From the NCBI GenBank assembly GCA_012295275.1, contig CM022670.1, forward strand, positions 41,540,001-41,604,000: a stretch of DNA of 64,000 nucleotides, read 5' to 3'. Below, piece by piece: positions 48,020 to 60,527 of this stretch. Below the pieces are notes generated by a model. That model was given only the letters and a program-made list of their open reading frames with translations. It ran no database searches and was not told where the DNA came from. The translations under genes were made by a program, and so were the position numbers. How positions within the stretch are numbered: the first letter of the stretch is position 1; every line of letters starts with the position of its first letter. This stretch comes from Chrysomallon squamiferum (lineage: Eukaryota; Animalia; Mollusca).

Positions 48020-51000
48020 ATCTATCAATAAAATTAAAAATTAAAAAAAATTAAGAAATTAAAATATAATAATATAATTATTCCTGCAACGTAAACGAAA
48101 ATTATTAAAGTCTATTAATATTTTTTTAAAAATTTTTTTTTTAAATAAACACAAACACACATCCACCTGCATGAAAATTTGCTCGCTTGCTGTTCATCCT
48201 CTCGGACAACGTATGTGTATGTGTATGTGTTTAAGGTTTTCTAAGTAGTGTCAAATTAAACTGCAATATGTCACATATGACATGGTTATGAAGTGCCAAA
48301 AGGAATACTTTTTCAAATATAACTACCCTTACTGATTAACAAATATATTAAATATCTTCACTTAACCAAAATGTTTCACTGTTCTGCTATTTAACAGAAA
48401 ACAAATTTTATTATGAGTGAATTATTATGTAACACAATAACACAACACAAATCAATCAGACAATTTTATTTCCAGAAAAATATGAGAATCAAGAGCATCT
48501 AAAATAAAAATAAAAGCATAATACAGAAATCACACTTAAAAGTTTTAATGTTTATATACTGAATATTCTCTAGATGTTTGCTTTCCACACTGTTACAGTA
48601 ACTGTATTCTTTCACTTTAACTATTTTAACAACCCCAAGATTACTAAAATAAATTAAAAACCATTCTAAGATATTTTTCTAATTTATTCTTGTTTAAATT
48701 AACAATGACAAAATGAAATTCTAAATGTCAAAAACTTCAACAATGAATAAACTCCTTGTTCTTTCTCAACTATAGATATTCATTCTGATTAATCTGTATT
48801 AACCAGTTAACTTTTACCATGTAATTTGATGGAAATTAATAATTATAAAAAAAGATTTGTCATAAGCTGTTATTACTGTGCCAAGGTTTGACAAAACATC
48901 TCCAAAGTCTAAAAAAGGATCTCTTAAACAAGTTTCAGTTACTAGCCATATCTGAAATTTCAAGTTGATCCTCATTGGATCTGTCCAAACATTTTTTATT
49001 TTAATGTGGCACGACTGACATTTCTTCAGTAATCTTTAAATACACATTTTTCTGTTACCATGCAGACTTATCTTGAGTTTACTAGTCCAGTCAAAAATGT
49101 ATTGCCAAAATGTATCACAAAAACAAAATGGCTGTCACGGTACACTAGTTACTGCCTGCGCAAATTGTTAAACTGTTAGTTCAAGCATGTCACTGCGAAT
49201 TTGTAGTAATACCTTTGTTTAGTAACATTAAACGTCTGATACACGATCAAACTGTTAATTTATAGTGATAGTCGTTAAATAATGTTAAATGTAATCAAAC
49301 TACTTCATTCAATTCAACTTTCATCTGAAATATCTCCACAGTTTCTTATTTCACTATTCTGGGTAGTAATTGAACATCTTTACCTTGTTAGATCAGTTCA
49401 AATAAACACACAATGATGCTTTATTAAAACGATATTAAATTGTCACCAACTTTATTCAACTACAAAGAGATAAACAGAAACTTTACCACAAACGCGACAA
49501 TAGTATTATCTTTATGAACACTACAATTGGCTTTAAGATAAACTACACTGTGCAGAATATATTAGGTGAGTGTATTTACTTATTTAAAACGGTACACTGA
49601 CACATGAAATTTAAGAGACTGGGATAAAAATTACACCGAATTAAAGGTAATCTAACCATTTTCATTATTTAGTGGGTCACAGAATTATCTTAAGATATTG
49701 ACCATTATCGTTAAATATTACCATATTCTTTCAATGCTGAAGATATGCTAAATGATCATCCATGAAGTGTACGTATTAATACTGTTGTTAGAACAAAATT
49801 ATTAATTTTTTAATATTCTTTTCTTCTACTTGTATTCTTTGTGACAATTCTCATACAAACACATGCTGGAGAGAAATGTACTGAATACATTTTACATCGA
49901 TTATCAAAAAACATTTGTAAGATGGGTTAATAAACTGTGCTTGACTGAGTCTTGTAACAATTGTTATATTTTTAGTCCATGTGCTAGCACATTAGTGATC
50001 ATTTTCGTACACAAATTATGGATGTTCACCAACTAGTTAAAAGATTTTTATGTAAATAACTACCATTTAGGTTTTAACAGTTAGCCATATATGATAGTGA
50101 CAACGATTTAAGTACAAACACTGAAAAACATTTTCTGAAAATAATCACCAATGTTCAGTGTATTTTGTTCAAGACAATTGTGTAAATGGATTAGTGCTAA
50201 AGAGAAGTATGTATGCATTAAATAGTTGTAAGTTTATCTCTTTTTTTGTATCAGTGAAAAATGAAAATGAAATTAGATTTGGGGGCTGTGATATTGTGGA
50301 GTGATCATTGCTGAAGCGATGATTTTTTGAGCACTTACTTTTGATTGCCAAGTACAAATGCATGACATATTGAAGCATTTCAATTAAGTGCAACGGTCTA
50401 AAAATAGCATCATCAAACTGAGTTTAAAAATAACCGTAAATTTACTTGTGATTGTTTAATTACTTCAAATCAACATGGATTACAAAGTACTGCCAAGTCA
50501 AAAGTGTAAAAGAATTTGGAATTTAATTAGACTTTCTCTGAGGTTGTTCTTACAACCTCGGGATAAACCTCTAACTTCTTATAATTTCTAATACATTTTT
50601 AAACAACTATGTTACAGTCTCCTTTATTTTGATAAATAATTTGCATTTTCCTTTTTTTAATTTCATTTAAATCTTTTTTAATCTGTTGTTTTTATATATT
50701 ATAGGCTTATAAAAATAAAACACTTTATATCACTAAAAATAAAAATCACTTCAGTGTTGATTGCTATAATAAACAGTGCTCTAGAGAATGGCAACGGATT
50801 TAGGGGGAACTGGTAGATTTTAAATTAACTCAAACAGCACAGAATTTTCACTCTGACCAAAACCAACAATAAAATCAAACAAGATATATCCAGACAACAA
50901 AACAGAAAACAGAACAAAATGTTTTCAACAAAAACAGCGCATGTTTTAAAATCTGAAATAAATTTGTACTGTTTGATATAATGATTTAAAAAAAAAAAAA

Positions 51001-51857
51001 AAAATATTTTTAAAATGTAGTATAATTCACATTAAACAGAAAAATGAAACCTTCCAGTATGTTTTAAAAAATTAAAATCAAAGAATGAAAACAAGTAACA
51101 AATTCTTTGTTTTATATTTGTACTACATCAGCCACTAAATGTTTTTCTGATTCAATTTTACACCCATGTTTAATTTAAATAACTGACATTGTCCTTGTCT
51201 TTCTACCAGGTAAAGGTAACAGAACTTTTATTTATTGTCTTAAATGTCTGAAATGTTATAAAATTTTATTTAAGATATATAATTTATAGCTGAACAGTGT
51301 TTAGTATTTTTCATTTCTGCACAGAAAATTGTCTTGAGAAAAAATTATAACTGTTTTATGACGTAACTAACGTAAAACATTATAAAATATTCTGTGAAAA
51401 ACTTTTATGTATAAAGAAAAAGATCTAAAGTTGAATGAAAAGTATGATTATGAAAAATAAGACAAGCTAAGCAAAGCAGACCTCATAATGCAATCTAATT
51501 TTTTTTTAAAGTTAAAAACAGTTGCAAACTTCATGACTTCATTCAACAGGCAACGAAAAAAAATTCATAACAAACCTTTTCCAAAAATTCAGTTGAATTA
51601 CAAAAAAAAAAATAAAAAAAAAAATAAAAATAAATAAATAAAAAAAAAGAGAGAAAAAGTGAAAGAAATACAAATCAAAAACAAATGTAATCACAAAAAA
51701 AAAAAAAAAAATGTACCATTTTCAAAGGACCTGGATGGTCAAACTGGACAATGATACATATGTAACTACTTATACAGTGTTACTATAGCAACAGAAAGAA
51801 AACCAGATGCATTGTTCTTCATATTTATAGTGTGTTGAATGGCCTAGAGGTGAAAGG

Positions 51858-53981
51858 TCAAAGGTAATTTGTCAGCAGACTTTCAACATTTCCAGGTCCC
51901 CACTGCGTCAGCTGGTCCTGAAAAGTGACAAATAAATTAAAAATAAAACACACAACATGAAAAAAACAAAACCCCCAGAAATCTACATCTTTTTAATATT
52001 TTCTTTTTTAAACCTGACCTGCTGTTTATAATTGTATCTAAAAATTAAAATAAATATGATGTCCAAAAATATAAATAACTAAGTCAATGACGTACCTGAG
52101 GCAGGTAGAGACAAATGCTGGACAGCTTAAACACAATCATCTTGTTTTTGGAGGTCTGTCAGAAAAAAGAAAAGTAATCACACATTTCAAAATAATTCCA
52201 TAAGAGAAGTTATTTTTTGTTAATGTTCATGCAAGTATCTGAACTGAATGCTACTTAATATTAGTTGAAGTACACACATTATTTAACTGTTTCTTCTAGT
52301 GTATAATATAAAATTATGAAAGAAAGTTTATTACATCTGTATTAATGTCAACACTTCTCATTTCAACCTGTGTCAAATATTATCAGTGATCTACCAATTA
52401 AAATAACACCTTTCAGTAATTCAGTGTAACAGATGATTTATGAAAAAAAGCTATTTTTAAAATTTGAGGACGTTTTAATAGCTTGCTGCATTTGTTTTAG
52501 TGATATACCAATGTCAGTTTCTGTAAAACAGTTCGCAAGTTTTCATTCCTCTCTCTATATTTTTGTGAATACCTGTCCCAATTTATTGTAAATTTTATTT
52601 AAAACCTTGCTAAAAGTCCTGCCAAAAGACAACTTGTTAACAGAAAACCAAAAAGGAGACATTTTGCACTTAGTGTATTGAAGAAAATAGTTATGTATGA
52701 AAACAGAAAATCCGATATTAAGAAAAACTAAGTCATCTATGATTCAAAGGTTGCATGATAAATTGCCTCCTAAGTACACAAAACTATCACACCACAAAAT
52801 TGAAAAAAAAAGAAGGAAAAACGTCATTAATATTTCATTATTAGATTTCACTTGCATCATTTTGTTAGTATGAAAGTAATTCACAACAGACACTTGCATA
52901 TATTTAATAATATATATACGTCTGATAAAGCAGACCTGACTCAGAAGGTTCTATAATCTGTTACAAGGATACAAGGATTAAACAAAAGCAGACCTGTATC
53001 TGGTGTTTGTTGATGAAAAGGAACATGGTCTGTGAAGGGTTGCTGATGATTGGACAGGGCCTCTCTCGGTTAGTCAGCAGTCTCATCAACTGACGCTCAT
53101 AGTCGAGCTGGCTGAACTCAAACTTGGCCTGCAAATGTAAAATTCTCATCTGTGTTACACACTGAACTTTATCTCTGCAATTTACATTAAGCCTGAATAA
53201 AAATTGTTAGGTTTATAATCAATGAATTATCCGTGTGTTTTCTTTAATGTCAGAGTCCTTCAGTCAATATAATATATATTTTTTAACAACACAAAGTAAA
53301 ACAAAACAATGGCATCTTTTGCTGCAGATAAAATAAAGTCACATGTTTATTACAAAATACTAGACAAAAGAAAAGGACTGTTACCATAATTGGTCTGAAT
53401 GGGGCGTGGTCACCTTTCCAGCGGGAGAACAGATGACATTCGATTCTGTCGATGTCATTTCTCGGCCACAGGAAGAAATCCATCTCAGTGGTACACCCGA
53501 TGACATCCTAGAGAGGAAACACGTAAGACAATCATTATTTTTATTTCTTCTTTTTTTTTAAACTGGTTACAAGCACTGATTTCAATCATTAAAAAAAAAA
53601 AAAATAAAGAGTTTTAGTATATATCTATACACATTTATCTGGACTCCAAAAATTATCACATTTTTTTTTTTTGGAAGCCTTTAACTTTTTTTGCAGAATT
53701 CTCAAAAATGAAGAAGATATTTTTCTTCATTCCTGACTAAACTATTAAGAAAAATGTACAAAAACAAACAAAAAACAAAATTTAAAAAAATTAAAATTAA
53801 AGACAAAGGAATACTCTTGAGGAATACAACATATTTCATTATGTGTTGGAATGTATGGAGTATGACTCACCCTCCTCATAGACTGCCAACGGGGGGCGTG
53901 CAGCTGCACTACATCCTTTTCCAGAAGTTCTCTCGTGCTCTCGTAGGAGTAGGCTTCATCCTGGAAATAAATTACACACAC

Positions 53982-54013
<32 letters not shown>

Positions 54014-55141
54014 CTACATGGATCTACCTATCTGTCTATACTGACTGCTTGTTTTAATGCTGTTAGTACTAATATTTTACTCAAAAATATAACAATAAAT
54101 ATTATAAGAAAATAAAGGAATCAGCAATAGATTTCTTTTAACTGCATGGTCTGTGTCAGTTATGTGTATCTATACATTTTTTTAAACAGAAACTAAATGT
54201 TTTTAAACTTTTTGCCAGTTATATAACTTTAATAAATCCTTCAAAGTTCACTTTGTTGATACCTTCTTAACACTGTTTTTGAAACTAAAGACTGGCAACA
54301 TTAAAGACTTATTATTATAATGGAGAAATTCTTAATGTGGGTTCAGTTTGTTCTTAATTTGTTGTAACATTCTGATGGAAACCTTTTATTGTACCTGGTA
54401 ATAAAAATCATGCTGTTATTAACAATACAAGAGATAAGTGTACTAATCATATTTTTCATTTCTTTGATTTCACTTGTAGTCTCAGATTAAAAATTGTTTG
54501 TTCAGTAGCAGTTATATTAATTTATGTGATTGATGCTTTTAACTCATCTTTAAAAGGGATACTTCTGCTTCAGTGATGTACCGATTTTTTTTCAGTTCTT
54601 TCATAAATTAACTTATGATTTTAACTGTTATCCAAAGCTATCTTTAGAACTACAAGATTTTGTATTTTATCATTAAAAAAAAAGAAGGAAAATGTGTTGC
54701 AAATTTTTAGTTTAATTCCATTTTTCTGTTTTGAGTGTATTAGTTTAGTGTTGTAGAAACTGACACTTACTTTGACACCTTTAAGGATACACTCTTCATA
54801 GTTATTAGTCATCACAGGAACAACTTCAGCTACTTCAAACATTGCCACATTTTTCTTCTGAAAGCAATAAAAAGTATCACACTTTATAATATGGTAAATA
54901 GTTATAAAAACGTATTCTGAAATTATATTTAAAACAAATTTTAACAGAAATGTAAAACTTCATTCTAATTAATTTTGTTCGAATTGATTTGGCTCCAGTA
55001 TGATAAAATTACCTTTTCTTTGAAATGAAAGATGATGTACATTTTGAAGTCAAAATGGTCGGCAAGAGATTCTTTTTTCTTGCGCAAATGATGTCGAAGT
55101 CTGGTAATAGCAGCACTTTTTCTTGAATGTGGATCACCCAT
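51858..55141 (-). CDS. C6orf62: C6orf62 homologue (uncharacterised conserved protein), 227 aa
   Basis: Exons 55141-55013, 54857-54771, 53960-53871, 53507-53385, 53128-52994, 52155-52096, 51917-51858, all phase-0 GT-AG. Protein [35 protein letters not shown]...[34 protein letters not shown]...ICLYLPQDQLTQW matches remembered human C6orf62. Confidence 0.95.
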
Positions 55142-55349
55142 TATTTACAATCTACTAACACATACACATTGAAAACTGATTAATCTATTTTAAAACTTTA
55201 CAATATGGAATACATAAAGACAATTTTATTATGTACAGATACATTGTAGTATTTTAGTCTCCATTCTTCTACTAAACAAAAGTTTTTTTTCATCACACTA
55301 GGATTCAACACTAACAAAACAACGTTCCTGTGTTAAACTAGGATTGGGA

Positions 55350-55505
55350 TTATTCATTTTGAAAAGTGGGTGCCATCAACTCCAACAAACGCGCAACTCT
55401 GGAATAGACCTTCAAAAGGCTGTTTCGTAGGGCGAAGCCCCGGATAATTTTTGCCAGTCTGTGTGATTCAGGGTTATGTAAAGACCAGAGAAATTGGTGT
55501 TCCAT
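55350..55505 (-). CDS. Candidate 51-aa uORF-encoded microprotein in the C6orf62 leader
   Basis: GAC-ATG-G start. MEHQFLWSLHNPESHRLAKIIRGFALRNSLLKVYSRVARLLELMAPTFQNE*. Visibly richer in GC and CpG than its flanks. Below the 60-aa cut-off of the ORF track. Confidence 0.45.
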   Translation of the reverse strand: MEHQFLWSLHNPESHRLAKIIRGFALRNSLLKVYSRVARLLELMAPTFQNE

Positions 55506-55619
55506 GTCTAGTGTCAGTTGAAAACTTGAAAATCAGCGTATTCAATAAATACATCTTGTCAGCCATATATTCGCAAAGCCCCACTGTAATGTGGAAAATT
55601 ACTAAAAACATATGTTACA

Positions 55620-56842
<1,223 letters not shown>

Positions 56843-58710
56843 ATGAATGCAAAGTTGAAAGCAAGGGTAGCAGGGAATTTGCCAAATGGTATTGGTCTTC
56901 CAGTTGGTATTTTGCCCGTCAGTTCAACTAGGCCACGCTTAATAAAAAAACGAGTACCAAGTGCTGGAAAATCGGGTAGGTAAAACTTCAGATAATGTTA
57001 TCTACGATAACGTGGCCTATTATTCTTCCCTTTTCTAAAATTATGAAAATAATTTGCTAACCCTAGTAAATAAATTCAACGTGGATTATAAAAGCTATTG
57101 TAATTAATATTTTAAGTTTTATTTTGTTGCCATTAATTAAAGAAAAAGATTTTTGTTTTTTTAATCACAACATATCAGTCTTCATAGAGATAAATTAAAA
57201 ATTATTTTTTGAATGTGGAATAAAAAACATTGCTTCGTTATTTCCTAATTATTCAAATCACAAATATTAATTTATTTATTGTTTTGAAGGTTCTAGAACA
57301 TCAGCTGTTACAACACCAGTTTCAAGACGAACTCCTAATTCTCCGAAACAAAGAACAAGTCCAAGTTCTGTAAGCAACACTGAGGTAAATGATGATGAAT
57401 GTTTGGAAAGTGATATACAGTTCATCAACATTCCAAATTTTAAATCTGAAATAAAACCACAACAAGGTGATGAAAAGAAACTAAAACGTAAAACAATAAA
57501 CCCACAAGAGGTTTTAGAACGTTGTCAAGAGAGTGACTACAACAAAGTTTATGAGATTGTTCTTCATGGGGAGGATCTCACAGAGGTGGGGAGTCTGGAG
57601 AAATTCAAGAAAATTAAGATTCTTGATTTGTCTTGTAACCATTTGAAGAAGATTTGTGGTCTGGATGGTAACACTGAGCTGAGGGAGTTAAAGCTGTATG
57701 GGAATGAACTGGAGGTGATTGAGAATCTGGAGAGTCTGAAAGAACTCAGCAGTCTGCATCTGCAGCACAACAAGATAAAAAAAGTTGGTCGTGGATTAAA
57801 CATGTTGAAAAAACTAAAACAGTTGAGACTGGACAGTAACCTACTGGTCAAACTGGACACCAGTGACCTTGTGGGCTGTGTTCAGCTCACAACTATAAAT
57901 CTCAGCTCAAACTTTCTGGACAACCTGAAAGCTCTGAGTTATTTGCCAAATCTTGTTGAGCTGTTTGCGTCTGGCAATCGACTCAGAAAAGTGTCTGATC
58001 TTCAGAGATGTAAAAACTTGCAAGAGGTTGACCTGTCCAACAACAACATCACTGACCTCAGTGGCCTGCACAGCTTGCCCAACCTGCAGATTCTGGACAT
58101 TTCCTGTAACCAGCTGTCTAGTTTAAAGAGTTTAGGGAAGTTAAAGTGTTTGGAAGATCTGATTGTGTCCAACAACAAAGTATCAGAACTGTCTGACATT
58201 CCTCAGTTGTTTCCCAGACTTCAGATCCTCAATCTGACAGACAACGATGTGAGTGAGTGGGACAAGGTCGTGTCACTCTCCTCGTGTCCAGACCTGGTTG
58301 AAATTAGTCTAGCGGGAAACCCAGTGACCACAGCGTCCGCCGAAATGCCAAACTATCATTTTGAAATCCAGATTGACCTCCCAAACATTGAGGTTGTGGA
58401 TGGAGCTGTGGTCAAACGTCCAGCAGCTAGGCCATCTGCTCCTCTGATGAGACCAATGTCAGCATCTAACATTGTCAGCACGAGACAAATGGATGTTCAG
58501 CTGAAAGCATTTGATGAACAGTTTAAGTCAATGGAGAACTCGCTATCACACAAGTTTGATTCGTTAAAAGAAACTTTTCAGTCTCTGCCGGCTGCTGCTC
58601 CTGCAAGACGTGACACTCCTGACAAGTCCACTGTGCTGTCCAGCAGGTGCAACAGTCGCTCCAGAATCATGGCTGCCAAGTCATTCGCAGAGGAAAACTT
58701 TGGGCCATAA
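56843..58710 (+). CDS. SDS22/PPP1R7-type leucine-rich repeat protein, 517 aa (about 12 LRRs, LRRcap, C-terminal helical extension)
   Basis: Exon 1 56843-56975 (MNAKLKARVAG...KS, donor G|GTAGGT) spliced in phase 1 to exon 2 57290-58710 (acceptor TTTTGAAG), which contains track ORF 57403..58710. Mostly 22-aa LxxLxLxxNxL repeats, then GNPV...Y...LPNIEVVDG cap. Confidence 0.88.
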
Positions 58711-60527
58711 ATATTTACAATGATCAAAATGCCTTTTTCTTATCACAGTATTTATCTGTACATATATGCATGTGTGTCCATTTATCTCTGTATAGCTACA
58801 TTTCTTACTGTAAATATGTCTGTCTGTGTGGATGTATGTTGCATATGTGTGTATGTGTATTGATAACATTACATATACATCTATACAGCTCTGGTATTTG
58901 TTACATTAAGATTTCTGTATTTTGTTACCATTAATTAATTTCTTGAAATCTATGGCAAATAAAAAAAAAAAAAAAAAAAAGAAATGAAAATACATCACAA
59001 ATACTTATAAAATAAACAAACATATAACACATTAAATGAATATATTTTATTAAGTGAATCGAGTACAATTTTGTTGAAGTTTTTGTTATGTTAAAAGAAA
59101 ACAAATTCCATATTTTAACTGTTAGTAGAGTATTATGAATTGTTTTTGTCTAGCTGTCATACAACAAAATGCAAAAAATATTAGTTATTTATCATTTAAC
59201 ACATCAATTTGAAATGCCATATATGTAACTAATCAAGTGCTTCTTTTATTTATTTATTTATCACAAATATAATGACACTTACAAATCACAATACAGGTAA
59301 TCCTAAGTTTGAGCTTTAGTCTGCGTAATATTGATGTGTTCTATGAGGTTTTTTAAACATGGTTTGAAAAATCACATAAAAAAAATTAAAAATATGCAGC
59401 AGATTTTCAGTTGTTTTTCTCTTTTCTTTAAATAATTTTTATTTTTATATTTCTCTACTGACATGACAGGTGTTCACACAGGACAGAAAGCAGTCAGTTA
59501 CATCTAATACTGTAAAATATTCAGATCTGGCTTTTAATTTCAATTACGCATTTTACCTTTGTTTTACATAACCTCTGCAAGCAATGGCATCCATTTTACT
59601 ATTTATACAAACCATTTACATCCCACTACCGCTAAATAATCTGCAAACAAAAATGCACCATTTTCAATTTAATTAAAACTTTATTTGATGTTGAAAGGTG
59701 CAAAATGTTTTTTTTGACAGTATTAAAATATAGCTGTACAAAAATTCTTGTTAAAGTGAGGGTCATTTTCTTGCTAATGAAAGGGCCATTTGAAGACAAA
59801 ATTTGGAAAAACATGTGAGATATTTGTCAAATGCACAATTGTTATGACCTATTGTGTAAATTAATCCATCATTTTGCCAGTTTTACCATCCAAGTTAAGC
59901 TTTAGTAAGTAAGCAAAATAACCAGAGCTATAAAACCTACATCAGTTGAGACAAAGGCTACAGCAATGTATAGCAACTGCTGCTCTCAGGTTTTTATACA
60001 TTGTAACATACTCTAGTCACAAAGGAGTAAGATCAGAGAGCAAGATGTGATTTGAAAACATTTTATTAATTTCTGTGGCACATTTTTAACAATGATTGCT
60101 AACAATGTACATATGCATGTCTTCCACAGTTTAAACTATAAATGTAAAAAAAAAAAAAAAAAAATTATTCTTTTCAGATCGTCATTACGTATATTAATGT
60201 TTAAAACATAAATATAAATAATTTCTTAAGAAAAAAAAGAAAAGAAATTTAATAATTAAATATCTTATGGACTGACAACATCACTTACACACTCTAAAAA
60301 AAAGAAAAACCGTTACACCATCCACTCAACTGTAGATGATAACCTCAGATATTTACACAAATGTACACTTTAAAAACAGCCTGAACAAACCAGCCCTGCA
60401 CTGATTCAAGTAGTTTTACAGATTTCACAAGATTTACAAACACAGCTGCACATTTTGTCAAACTGGTGTCAGCTGCTACCAAGTCAAAGAATCCTGAGTG
60501 TGAGGCTGGATTTGTGTGTTGTGTGTG

